Of a DNA stretch of 34,967 nucleotides, positions 8,588 through 17,134 are shown piece by piece (within the stretch, counting starts at the first letter, position 1; each line of letters opens with the position of its first letter). The stretch is from the NCBI GenBank assembly GCA_018656485.1, contig JABIAA010000075.1:1-34967 (forward strand), in the 5' to 3' direction. Source of the DNA: a bacterium (lineage in GTDB: Bacteria > Babelota > Babeliae > Babelales > GCA-2401785). The translations under genes and the position numbers were made by a program. The notes beneath the pieces are model-generated. The model was not told the DNA's origin. It made no database searches and was given only the letters and a program-made list of their open reading frames with translations.

Positions 8588-10211
8588 TTTGCACGCACCT
8601 GCGTGCCGAAGGCTGGGAACAATTCTTGGTGGATCACTTGTCGAGGGACTCGTGATGCGCTTGGAAAATGAGGTTCCGCTGGAAGAAGTTAAAGCTGGAA
8701 AATTCGCGTGCGTTAAAGGCCAGCATTACTCATTTTTTTCGTTGATTACCGATCTATCTTTGGAAGCAACAAACCACGAGATTATGTTGTTTCCTCCTAC
8801 GGAATCTGAGGGCTTGCTCGGCGACATGCTACGCAACCGCGATGTCTTCGCAAAAATTTCCTTGAAGCCCATGCTCATGCTCGACGCCAATGGAAACCGG
8901 ATGCCGGTAAAAACAATCCCGCAACATTTTTCCTCGGTGCACGAAGCGCAGCCATCGGACATCGCCATGATTTTTGGCGACGAAAAACAAGACCCAAAAT
9001 ACTTCAACATTGGCGCCCCACTCGACATGGAAGACGTCCCCGTGTGCCTCGATTTCAGCCGGTTCACAGAACGCAGCAATGGAATATTCGGAAAAAGTGG
9101 AACAGGCAAAACTTTCATCACTCGCGTAATCCTTGCAGGAACTGTCCAACGCAAGGCGGCAGTCAATTTGATTTTCGACATGCACAGCGAGTACGGACTT
9201 CAAGCACGCTGTGAAAATAAAGGAACACCGTTCGTCAAAGGGCTCAAAACTTTATTCCCTAGCGAAGTCGCAATTTTTTCTTTAGACCCAGAATCAACGC
9301 GTAAGCGCGGCGGATCTCCAGATGTTGAAGTCACCATTGGACTCAACGATATCCGCGTCGAAGATGTCATGCCACTTGCAGATGAACTCAACTTGCACTC
9401 AACCGCACTCGAAGCAGCATACCTCATCATCAACAAATACGGATCGCGGTGGCTTTCAGAATTATTGTCACAGGAAGGAACAATCAAAGAGTTCGCAGAA
9501 AACATTGGAGCACACACAGAATCTGTTGGTGCACTTTATCGAAAATTGAAACGACTAGAACGATTTCCGTTCATAAAACCGAAATCATCGGGCAAATCTG
9601 TGATCGATCAAATGATCGAATATCTCGACCGCGGGCTGCATGTCATTCTGGAATTTGGAAACCACACATCGATGCTCTGCTATCTTTTGATCGCTAGCAT
9701 GGTCACAAGAAGAATCCACGCACGCTACGTTGAGAAAACAGAAGCTTTCCTCGCATCGCAACTTCCGGAAGACGAACCAAAAAAACTCATGATCACAATC
9801 GAAGAAGCACACAAATTTTTGAATCCGCAAGCGGCAAAGCAAACCATTTTTGGAAAGATCGCACGCGAGATGCGAAAATATTATGTTTCACTTTTGATCG
9901 TTGATCAGCGCCCTTCCGGCATTGACGATGAGGTTCTTTCACAAATTGGAACAAAGGTTGTCGCCCAATTAAACGACGACCGCGACATCCAAGCCGTGCT
10001 CACCGGCGTCAGCAACGCATCCGGACTGCGATCTGTTCTCGCAACTTTGGATTCAAAAAAACAGGCACTGTTCATGGGACACGCACTTGCAATGCCAATT
10101 GTTGTAAGAACTCGCGAGTACGACGAAGAATTTTATAACGCAGTTGCTCCGAAATCTAAGGGGAAAACTTCCAAGCAAAGTGTCCACTCTGCCATCCAAG
10201 AACTTTTTTAA
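8565..10211 (+). CDS. HerA/DUF87-type P-loop ATPase (FtsK-HerA superfamily)
   Basis: Walker A is GKSGTGKTF and Walker B/DEAH-like is LMITIEEAHKF. The HerA-like tail is LLIVDQRPSGIDDEVLSQIGTKVVAQLNDDRD. The start is uncertain: in-frame TTG at 8565 (23-nt overlap with the upstream gene), 8574 or 8589, or ATG at 8655 (GAGGGA RBS). The N-terminal barrel-like segment LGTILGGSLVEGLVMRL favours a TTG start. Confidence 0.85.
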   Translation: MKKLSNLNLHAPACRRLGTILGGSLVEGLVMRLENEVPLEEVKAGKFACVKGQHYSFFSLITDLSLEATNHEIMLFPPTESEGLLGDMLRNRDVFAKISLKPMLMLDANGNRMPVKTIPQHFSSVHEAQPSDIAMIFGDEKQDPKYFNIGAPLDMEDVPVCLDFSRFTERSNGIFGKSGTGKTFITRVILAGTVQRKAAVNLIFDMHSEYGLQARCENKGTPFVKGLKTLFPSEVAIFSLDPESTRKRGGSPDVEVTIGLNDIRVEDVMPLADELNLHSTALEAAYLIINKYGSRWLSELLSQEGTIKEFAENIGAHTESVGALYRKLKRLERFPFIKPKSSGKSVIDQMIEYLDRGLHVILEFGNHTSMLCYLLIASMVTRRIHARYVEKTEAFLASQLPEDEPKKLMITIEEAHKFLNPQAAKQTIFGKIAREMRKYYVSLLIVDQRPSGIDDEVLSQIGTKVVAQLNDDRDIQAVLTGVSNASGLRSVLATLDSKKQALFMGHALAMPIVVRTREYDEEFYNAVAPKSKGKTSKQSVHSAIQELF

Positions 10212-10289
10212 AATTGACGATTTCTCACTCTCGCGGTACTCTTCCAACATTCGTATATGTAACTGTATTTCAGTGTAAGGGTTTTTCAA

Positions 10290-10856
10290 ATGAAAAAAAT
10301 TGCTGCAATTTCTGCTCTACTTGCTTCAACCGCAACAATGGCAAATGCACCAAAGGCGCCAGCTGTAGCTAAAAAATCTGAGGTCACCCAGTACATCAGC
10401 ATGGGACATCTTCTAGAAAGTTCAAAGCAGGGAAAAAAAGTTTTAGCAAAACGCGACAAGGCAATTGGAAACCTCCAAGAGCTTGCGAAAAAAGAAAATG
10501 AAGCCGTTGCAAAAATTGAAACCGAATTTTCCGGGATGCAGCAAAATTCCAAAGAAGCAGTTAACAAAGCCGCTGATTTGGAATACGCCAAGCGCCAAGC
10601 ATCGTTGAAAATGGAAAAAGAAAAAGCAAAGCTAGAAGTTGAGCTCAAAGGAATGGAGCAAACTCTTTTTGTCAGCGTAAAGAACGCAACAGAAAAAACA
10701 GCAAAGCAAGAAAATTGGGCAGTTGTTAAAACTAGCGACGCACCAGACGTGCTCTATGTTTCCGAGGCACTCGTCGAAGAGGCAACCAACAAAGTCGTAG
10801 AAACAATGAACAAAGAGTACATGGAAGAGCTCGCAAAGTCAGACCTCAAGGCATAA
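10290..10856 (+). CDS. OmpH/Skp-like periplasmic chaperone
   Basis: Signal peptide MKKIAAISALLASTATMANA is followed by a long Lys/Glu-rich coiled-coil region. The size (188 aa) and the VVKTSD...VLYVSEA...EATNKVVETMNKEY tail fit the OmpH family. The assignment rests on pattern, not a search. Confidence 0.65.
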   Translation: MKKIAAISALLASTATMANAPKAPAVAKKSEVTQYISMGHLLESSKQGKKVLAKRDKAIGNLQELAKKENEAVAKIETEFSGMQQNSKEAVNKAADLEYAKRQASLKMEKEKAKLEVELKGMEQTLFVSVKNATEKTAKQENWAVVKTSDAPDVLYVSEALVEEATNKVVETMNKEYMEELAKSDLKA

Positions 10857-10875
10857 TCCGAGGTTAAGGGATTAA

Positions 10876-11460
10876 ATGTCCAAAGAACTAAAAGCTCTGG
10901 CGGCAAAATTTAAAGAGGCCGACATTCGCGCAGTCGTCGGCCTCGGCAATCCTGGACCAAAATATGAGACCTCGCGACACAACGCGGGGTTTCTTTTTTT
11001 GGATTACTTTGCTGACCAACTTGTCGCAGAACCGTGGACCGAAGATAGCAACGCACTTTCATCAAGAGCAGACAACCCTTTCGAAGGTACAACAAACAGA
11101 AACTTGTTCTTGATCAAGCCACAAACTTTCATGAACACTTCCGGAACTGCGGTTGCTCCACTCACTCGCAAAGGAATCAAAGCAAAAAATATTCTTGTTG
11201 TGCATGATGAACTTGAAAAACCTTTTGGTACCATCGCCATGAAACTTGGCGGCAGTGCACGCGGACACAACGGCTTGAAGTCAATAATCGAAAACATCGG
11301 CTACGACTTTTGGCGACTTCGCATCGGCATTGGCAGACCCGACAAAAAAGAAAATACACCGGACTACGTCCTACAACCATTTTCAGAAGATGAACTCGCA
11401 CGACTTGAACAAGTTTTCATTGATGCCAGGCTACGGATATCACCCGGCTCCAACAGCTAG
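10876..11460 (+). CDS. pth: Peptidyl-tRNA hydrolase
   Basis: VVGLGNPGPKYETSRHNAGF and HDELEKPFGTIAMKLGGSARGHNGLKSI are canonical Pth motifs, including the catalytic His and GHNG. Confidence 0.95.
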   Translation: MSKELKALAAKFKEADIRAVVGLGNPGPKYETSRHNAGFLFLDYFADQLVAEPWTEDSNALSSRADNPFEGTTNRNLFLIKPQTFMNTSGTAVAPLTRKGIKAKNILVVHDELEKPFGTIAMKLGGSARGHNGLKSIIENIGYDFWRLRIGIGRPDKKENTPDYVLQPFSEDELARLEQVFIDARLRISPGSNS

Positions 11461-11518
11461 AATTTTATACATTTAATTCCGCACCCAACTTACAGCTTTG
11501 TGAGTTAAAAAATTCTTG

Positions 11519-11559
11519 TTCACAAATAAGTTTTCCATGGTTATGCTTCGGTAACTCAG
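11519..11559 (+). promoter_or_regulatory. Candidate sigma70-like promoter (TTCACA-N17-TATGCT) / conserved GTTATGCTTCGGTAAC word upstream of D1
   Basis: -35 TTCACA at 11519-11524, a 17-nt spacer, and -10 TATGCT at 11542-11547. The same architecture recurs at 13446 and 14455. The word also folds as a short hairpin with a C(UUCG)G loop. Confidence 0.4.
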
Positions 11560-11582
11560 AAAAAAACCATGAAGGAGAAGTC

Positions 11583-12443
11583 ATGAAATATTTTTTAAAT
11601 TTCACAATAGCAGCAATCGTAATGAGCGGACTTTGTAGCCAAGATTTATGCGCGCGCATTTCTGTTCACGACTTCAAGAGTTCTTTCTCGGATGGCAAAA
11701 CACGGAGAGATATTACGGTTTTTTCCAACACCACCGTCGCCGAAATTCACGATGCAATATCAAGCAAAAAAGACGTCTCTGGCGAAACATCGATTCCCAA
11801 AGAAATCCATGTAACAATTTACGATGGTGGCTCTACTGCCTTCTTTAATTTCATAGAAAAATCCCCACGGCTTGCCAAAATTCGACCATATTGGCTTCAT
11901 CTTCAGGATGATAAACTGCAGGTTATTCCCGACGAAATCGCTTTGATAGAAAAACTTCACATGCTCACAATTCACACAAGAAAACCGCTTTTGGAAATCA
12001 ACCCACTCATCGGAAATTTACAATTCCTCAAATCCTTAGACCTCCCTCTTTCATGCCGCCTTCCTCTCCCTGCAACTCTAAGAAAAAAAATTGAAGATGG
12101 GTTCGACTCATTTTCCCTCTCCGTATCCCTTGGCACAGCATTTTTCACAGACACAAAAACAGTAAGCATTAACCTAACTGATGGAGTTGCACGAATGCGC
12201 TGCGACGGATGTATTGGAGGTTTTTTGAAAACCAAAGGTGAAGCTGCATCTGCAAACATAGTCGGTTTCCTCTACCACGCCCTACCAGGTTCAAAAACGG
12301 CGCACCTTAACGGCGTCATTGATTCCCTAGAAGATATGCTAAACGGCTCCGATGCAGCCGTAATTTGCAATGGTTCGGTTGGTGCTCCCGAGTATGATGA
12401 AGTAGACGAACTCGTCTACCAAATGTCAAAAAACAACAAATGA
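11583..12443 (+). CDS. Family D secreted protein, member D1 (diverged core)
   Basis: GAAGGAG RBS and signal peptide MKYFLNFTIAAIVMSGLCS. It has the SPRLAKI segment, LRR-like LQVIPDEIALIEKLHMLTI...IGNLQFLKSLDL, and the core LPATLRKKIEDGFDSFSL...FF...INLTDGVARMRCDG. Confidence 0.8.
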   Translation: MKYFLNFTIAAIVMSGLCSQDLCARISVHDFKSSFSDGKTRRDITVFSNTTVAEIHDAISSKKDVSGETSIPKEIHVTIYDGGSTAFFNFIEKSPRLAKIRPYWLHLQDDKLQVIPDEIALIEKLHMLTIHTRKPLLEINPLIGNLQFLKSLDLPLSCRLPLPATLRKKIEDGFDSFSLSVSLGTAFFTDTKTVSINLTDGVARMRCDGCIGGFLKTKGEAASANIVGFLYHALPGSKTAHLNGVIDSLEDMLNGSDAAVICNGSVGAPEYDEVDELVYQMSKNNK

Positions 12444-12495
12444 CACGAAGAATCTAAATCGGTAACTCAGGAAAAAAAACCATGTAGGGGAAGAC

Positions 12496-13221
12496 ATGAA
12501 ATTTAATTTGAAAATTGTGTTGGCACTTTTTGTCGCAACTTGTTCAAACTCCACCATGACCAACGATGGAAGCTCTTTCACATTCACAAAAGATATGACA
12601 ATTCAAACATTGGAGCATGTCGGGAAATGGAATAATGTATCGCGATTAATTTTGGATGCACCATGCCCGGGACTTCCGGAATCTTGGAGAGAAAGAATCT
12701 GTACTCCTGAAAGTAAATTCTATCTGTGTGCCAGCCTTGAGCCAATATTCTTTTACAAAAAAAACAACGAGCCGGTATGCGCATTTGTTAACTTTACAAA
12801 CGGACCGGGAAAAATTGAATGCAATGGAGAAATCTACAATGTATTCTTGCCTGGTGCACAGGGAATATCGCTGGAAGCCAGAGAAAAAAATAGGCGTGCA
12901 TTTGAAACAGGATTTAAAAATTCTCCGAAGAAAGATTTATTTGATCTAGTTGCAACCTACGCAGACGACTGTCTTATAATCCCCGAATTGTTGGACAGCG
13001 AAAGAATCCCATGGCTAGTCACAAACCGACTGTCTAACCTGCAAAAAGAAAGACTGTCCAAGTTGCAAAATGAAAGTCGATGCAACCTCCGCGGAATGGA
13101 ATGCGTCGAAAATGGACATCTATTTTTGCCGTTTATCAAGATCCAACACGGTCGGCTACGGCGACTTCCCATGTATATCAATGGGGCGCAGTATTCAATC
13201 GGATCAACCCCAATCGAGTAA
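12496..13221 (+). CDS. Family D secreted protein, member D2 (short N-terminal region, no clear HPxLA/LRR module)
   Basis: Leader MKFNLKIVLALFVATC. The core is LPESWRERICTPESKFYL...EPIFFYKKNNEPVCAFVNFTNGPGKIECNGEIY. The C-terminal CNLRGMECVENG segment matches D3. Confidence 0.8.
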   Translation: MKFNLKIVLALFVATCSNSTMTNDGSSFTFTKDMTIQTLEHVGKWNNVSRLILDAPCPGLPESWRERICTPESKFYLCASLEPIFFYKKNNEPVCAFVNFTNGPGKIECNGEIYNVFLPGAQGISLEAREKNRRAFETGFKNSPKKDLFDLVATYADDCLIIPELLDSERIPWLVTNRLSNLQKERLSKLQNESRCNLRGMECVENGHLFLPFIKIQHGRLRRLPMYINGAQYSIGSTPIE

Positions 13222-13444
13222 AGCAAACCGAAACGCAGTAAGTTAAATAATGCTGAGGCTTGCCGATGCAAAATAAAATTGAGTGAAACGAGATTAAATA
13301 ATGCTGAGGCTTGCCCGATGCAAAACAAAGTTGACGACTTAAAAAGGAGTCGACTAAATAAAACTGAGCAACGCGAGGTTAAACACTGAGAGCCTAGCGA
13401 ACAGAAATAAAACTGAGTGTAACTGGGTAAAGGCTCAGCCTTCC
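13222..13444. repeat. Spacer repeat cluster (partial copy of the element at 24529-24983)
   Basis: It holds degenerate tandem units containing TTAAATAATGCTGAGGCTTGCC(C)GATGCAAAA twice. The 45-nt word at 13229-13273 matches 24624-24668 at 44/45. The word at 13271-13301 matches 24591-24621 at 30/31. The terminal GGGTAAAGGCTCAGCCTTCC (13425-13444) is identical to 24964-24983. Confidence 0.8.
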
Positions 13445-13445
13445 T

Positions 13446-13486
13446 TTCACAAAAGATTTTTTTGTGGTTATGCTTCGGGAACCTGA
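13446..13486 (+). promoter_or_regulatory. Candidate promoter TTCACA-N17-TATGCT / conserved word upstream of D3
   Basis: -35 at 13446-13451 and -10 at 13469-13474. The word GTTATGCTTCGGGAAC is at 13467-13482, 30 nt before the GTG start. Confidence 0.4.
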
Positions 13487-13512
13487 AATAGAAAATTAAC
13501 CGGATTAAAGAC

Positions 13513-14427
13513 GTGAAATTTAATTTAAAACTATCATCAACGACTCTCGCAATTTTCTTTGTCTGCACAGGTTGCATCGCAGTGAAACGGCACAATGAAG
13601 GCCCCAACGAACAACAAGCACAACCCAAAAAAAAGTGTTCCGAAAAAGACACCACAAAAGAAAAAAACAAACCCGGAACTCCGCACATTCTTGTCAAGGA
13701 TGGTGAGTCAGACATCCTTTTTGAAAGCGCAAAACAACACCCCGACATTGCAAAGAAAATTGCCACGCTGATATTTAACGATCATCTCCTAAAAACAATC
13801 CCTGATGAGATCTCGTTATTCACAAACCTTAAAACACTCGTAATCAAAACAGCACACTGTGAGCCAATCGAAATAAGCGAATCGGTCGGACTCCTGCCAC
13901 AACTTTCACAACTTTGTGTAAACGCACCATGCATAGTGTTGCCAGAAACACTTCGAGAAAAAGTGTGTACCCCTGGAAGCAACTTCAATCTACAAGTCCG
14001 TATTGGCCCCGCATTTTTTTTCAAAGATGGAACAAATCCAACGTGCGCACTTGTCAATTTTAGCAGAGGACCGGGTAAATTTTTGTGCAACGGACAGATC
14101 TATAAATTATTTATGTGCCAGACAAAAAAAGACAACGCGTTAGCATTTTTATTTGGGGTAAAAGTCTCACAAATCTTTGGTGAATATCACAATAAGATAC
14201 TAGCCCAAAATCCATCCGAGTGGCTCAAATATTTTCCAATAAGCCAGGAAAATCTGTGGTGCGGAATATCCGGAATCGAATGCGTCGCTCAAGAAAACTT
14301 CGCCGGTTCATTAATCGCCGTAAAACAAGGAACGCTGTACAGTGTCCCATCATCAGGAAAACATTACGTATTTAATAACTGCGGAAAGCTTGAACCAATA
14401 GAAACATTTGTTAAACAAATATCATGA
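13513..14427 (+). CDS. Family D secreted protein, member D3
   Basis: GTG start with leader MKFNLKLSSTTLAIFFVCTGC. It has QHPDIAKKIATLIF and LKTIPDEISLFTNLKTLVI...VGLLPQLSQLCV. The core is LPETLREKVCTPGSNFNLQVRIGPAFFFKDGTNPTCALVNFSRGPGKFLCNGQIY (13939-14100). Confidence 0.85.
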   Translation: MKFNLKLSSTTLAIFFVCTGCIAVKRHNEGPNEQQAQPKKKCSEKDTTKEKNKPGTPHILVKDGESDILFESAKQHPDIAKKIATLIFNDHLLKTIPDEISLFTNLKTLVIKTAHCEPIEISESVGLLPQLSQLCVNAPCIVLPETLREKVCTPGSNFNLQVRIGPAFFFKDGTNPTCALVNFSRGPGKFLCNGQIYKLFMCQTKKDNALAFLFGVKVSQIFGEYHNKILAQNPSEWLKYFPISQENLWCGISGIECVAQENFAGSLIAVKQGTLYSVPSSGKHYVFNNCGKLEPIETFVKQIS

Positions 14428-14454
14428 CGAAAAGGTCAGTAACAAAGCTACAGG

Positions 14455-14496
14455 TTGTGCAGACAAAATGAACCTGTTATGCTTCGGTAACTTAAG
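14455..14496 (+). promoter_or_regulatory. Candidate promoter TTGTGC-N17-TATGCT / conserved word upstream of D4
   Basis: -35 at 14455-14460 and -10 at 14478-14483. The word GTTATGCTTCGGTAAC is at 14476-14491, 26 nt before the GTG start. Confidence 0.35.
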
Positions 14497-14517
14497 GTAA
14501 AAAACGGGATAAAAAGC

Positions 14518-15204
14518 GTGAAACTAAACTTAAAAATTGCAATCGCTGGAGCCATAATCTTCATGGCTTTCGGACAAAAATTAACCGCAAAAATAACAGT
14601 CGGTTCCACTTTCGGAAACTGCCACTCTTTTATCGTCGGGGATGATACAACTATTGAGGATTTGGAAAACACATTTGCCAATCTTCCAGAAAATAAAAAA
14701 GCGGATATCATCACCAATAGTCCCAATAATCTAGTGGTATTTGACTTTATACGACAACACCCAGGACAAGCACAAAAAATTGCAATCCTTTCATTCCAAA
14801 AGGAGCTATCGGAAATTCCTGAAGAAATCGCGTTGTGCACAAACCTTGCGGCATTCGTTGCACACGACTATCACGGCGAAGAAATTGATCGGCTTTCACA
14901 GCTAGACAATTTACTGCTGCTTTTTGTTGACAGTAAAACCCCAAGATCCGTGCTTGCCCTCCCAACTGACGTTGTCGATAAAGTACATGAAAAGGACCCT
15001 TCCGCTTTCTGCACACAGGGAAAAAGCATGGTCCACTTCAATCTATTTAATAACACCGCAAGAAACCTCACAACCCATGGACCACTCATTTGCAACCCAC
15101 AGAAATTTACTGAATGGAAAAAGGCACAAAAGAACCCCCGGAAAGCAAAACGCTTAGCAATGCCCGACGGAATAATGAGAAAAATGAAAATTTCTTTTTC
15201 TTAA
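14518..15204 (+). CDS. Family D secreted protein, member D4 (diverged core)
   Basis: GTG start with leader MKLNLKIAIAGAIIFMAFG. It has QHPGQAQKIAILSF and LSEIPEEIALCTNLAAFV. The degenerate core is LPTDVVDKVHEKDPSAF...HFNLFNN...HGPLICN. Confidence 0.75.
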   Translation: MKLNLKIAIAGAIIFMAFGQKLTAKITVGSTFGNCHSFIVGDDTTIEDLENTFANLPENKKADIITNSPNNLVVFDFIRQHPGQAQKIAILSFQKELSEIPEEIALCTNLAAFVAHDYHGEEIDRLSQLDNLLLLFVDSKTPRSVLALPTDVVDKVHEKDPSAFCTQGKSMVHFNLFNNTARNLTTHGPLICNPQKFTEWKKAQKNPRKAKRLAMPDGIMRKMKISFS

Positions 15205-15284
15205 AAAGCACTTAACAACTTTGTGGATCTAAACACTTTTGAACAAACCCAAATGCCAAACCACATAAAAATAAAAGAAAGCCA

Positions 15285-16223
15285 ATGAAAAACAAATTTA
15301 AAATTGCCCTCACTTTTGTTGTCGCAGCAGGTCTCGCTAGCCACAATCTAAACTCAACCGCAGCACACGAAGAAACGATCGAAGCTGAAAAAGTTAAACT
15401 TGAATTAGTCGAACAAGGCAACAACCTCTTTGCAATTAAAATAACGATAATGAAAGGTGCAACAACAGAGGAAATCGTTAAAAGCCTTAAAGAGGCGGTC
15501 GAAGCTCCAGCAAACCAAAGAGCAAAAATCAATGTGGAGCTCCATCACTGGAACAATAACACCAAGCCTTTCTACGAAGCGGCCAGGCAACACCCCGAAT
15601 TAGCAGCCCAAATAGACTCCCTAACACCACCTTGGAGCAATGTTAACATAAGACCGGAAATCAGATTTTTTACAAAGCTTACAGAACTCAGAGGCTGGGT
15701 CGATGATGAAACAGTCCCAGAAGGAGTCGGAAAACTTCCAAACCTTCAATCGCTCACATTGGGCGGAAAAAAACTACAGTTCCTCCCAGAAACATTGCGT
15801 AAAAAAATCTGTTCTCGTAAAAGTAAATTTAAATTGTACATCTATTCATCAGACGCAACGTATTGCGACGCTACACGTTATACCCACAAACCCAACGATG
15901 TCCGCGCCGACTATAGAATCGTCCATATGATTAAATTCGAAAATGGTATCCCCGGAATGATCGCCTGCGAAGCAGAAATTAGAGACATAGACGTAGATGA
16001 TCCTGATGCAGAAGTTGCAAAAAATCTCACAACCTCAGCCAATGTCGGAGCAAATCCAGTCATGGTTAAAGCCGCGACACAACACATGATTCGAACTATT
16101 GTGAGAAAATACATTTGCGACCGAAGTCGCGGATACCAATTACTGCCATACGCAAACTCACAATGGGCTACTGCGTATATTTCACCCCAAAACACTTCGA
16201 CCGCATGCTGTTCTTTAATGTAA
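15285..16223 (+). CDS. Family D secreted protein, member D5
   Basis: Leader MKNKFKIALTFVVAAGLASHNLNS, then QHPELAAQIDSL. The core is LPETLRKKICSRKSKFKLYIYSSDATYCD...MIKFENGIPGMIACEAEI. Its closest relative is the adjacent D6. Confidence 0.85.
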   Translation: MKNKFKIALTFVVAAGLASHNLNSTAAHEETIEAEKVKLELVEQGNNLFAIKITIMKGATTEEIVKSLKEAVEAPANQRAKINVELHHWNNNTKPFYEAARQHPELAAQIDSLTPPWSNVNIRPEIRFFTKLTELRGWVDDETVPEGVGKLPNLQSLTLGGKKLQFLPETLRKKICSRKSKFKLYIYSSDATYCDATRYTHKPNDVRADYRIVHMIKFENGIPGMIACEAEIRDIDVDDPDAEVAKNLTTSANVGANPVMVKAATQHMIRTIVRKYICDRSRGYQLLPYANSQWATAYISPQNTSTACCSLM

Positions 16224-16234
16224 GGGAAAAATCA

Positions 16235-17134
16235 ATGCACAATAAATTGAAATTTATTTTTGTCTTGGCTATTGCCACAGGACTCAACAATTGTAATCTT
16301 AATTCAACTGTCGCCGGCGAATGTGTTGAACTTAAATATAACGAAGTCGGCTGCTACGACTACAATACAGAGATTATACTACACGATGGTTCAACAGCAC
16401 CGGAAATTATCGAAAAACTCAAAGAAGCAACAATACACCAAACCCTTTTTGGGTACAAGGTCATCATCACACTGGCTACACACCAGTGTGAATCTTTATA
16501 TGCAGCAGCAACAAAAAATCCAGTATTAGCATCCACCGTCGACGCAATTCAGGTTAACCGAAACTACAATTTTTACATCTCGCCAACAATTGGATTATTT
16601 ACAAGACTTACACACATTGTAAGCGAAACACCTCAAAGCACACTTCCAGAAGAAATTGGAATGCTCCCAAGGCTTTGCTCACTCGTATTGCGAGGACAAA
16701 ATCTAAAGTATTTTCCAGACACCTTGCGGAAAAAGATATGCTCACATGGAAGTTCTTTTTTTATGGATATAAATTCATCCGACGCAACGTATTGCGACCT
16801 TAATGAAAACAACCAACCCGTCCACATGATCAAATTTAAAAACGGCCCCCCTGGAGTAATTCTCTGTGCTACAATAATGCGAAAAATAAATTGTATCCAT
16901 CCGAACGAAGAAGTTGCAAAAAATATCGCCACGTCACAAGGCCTTGCAAAGTCATTCACCGTAGAATCCGCAACAAGAAAAATGATTTCCAAAATAGCAC
17001 CCGAAGAAACGTATAAAAAAGAAAGTACTGTGGAGCAGGCCTATAACAAGAAACATGGCATTGTGGATATTAATAACCCATTTTCCTGCATACACTACGT
17101 CGAACCGGACACTCGTTTAGAAAGAATAAAATGA
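16235..17134 (+). CDS. Family D secreted protein, member D6
   Basis: I chose the ATG at 16235 (AAGGGA RBS, 12 nt after the D5 stop), which gives leader MHNKLKFIFVLAIATGLNNCNLNS. The longer 16115 ORF would overlap D5. The core is FPDTLRKKICSHGSSFFMDINSSDATYCD...MIKFKNGPPGVILC. Confidence 0.85.
   Translation: MHNKLKFIFVLAIATGLNNCNLNSTVAGECVELKYNEVGCYDYNTEIILHDGSTAPEIIEKLKEATIHQTLFGYKVIITLATHQCESLYAAATKNPVLASTVDAIQVNRNYNFYISPTIGLFTRLTHIVSETPQSTLPEEIGMLPRLCSLVLRGQNLKYFPDTLRKKICSHGSSFFMDINSSDATYCDLNENNQPVHMIKFKNGPPGVILCATIMRKINCIHPNEEVAKNIATSQGLAKSFTVESATRKMISKIAPEETYKKESTVEQAYNKKHGIVDINNPFSCIHYVEPDTRLERIK

Noticed and set aside
13222-13444. Possible CRISPR array, given repeated ~30-45-nt words in the spacers at 13.2 kb and 24.6 kb.
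   Set aside because: There are only two good tandem units, the spacing is irregular, the units degenerate rapidly, and there are no unique spacers of constant length and no cas genes in the window.
12957-13766. A 269-aa minus-strand ORF, the longest antisense ORF in the window.
   Set aside because: It overlaps the 3' end of D2, the whole repeat-rich spacer and the 5' end of D3. Its internal repeat (GQASALFNL twice) is just the spacer repeat read in antisense. It has no RBS or leader logic, and the + strand genes have paralogue support.
16115-16234. N-terminal extensions of track ORFs (16115, 17856, 26037, 29779, 30705, 31916, 34256) as the true starts.
   Set aside because: Each extension overlaps or abuts the upstream gene and lacks an RBS. 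In every case an internal ATG, preceded by a GGA/GGGAA-type RBS, begins a family-typical MKxK...hydrophobic leader.
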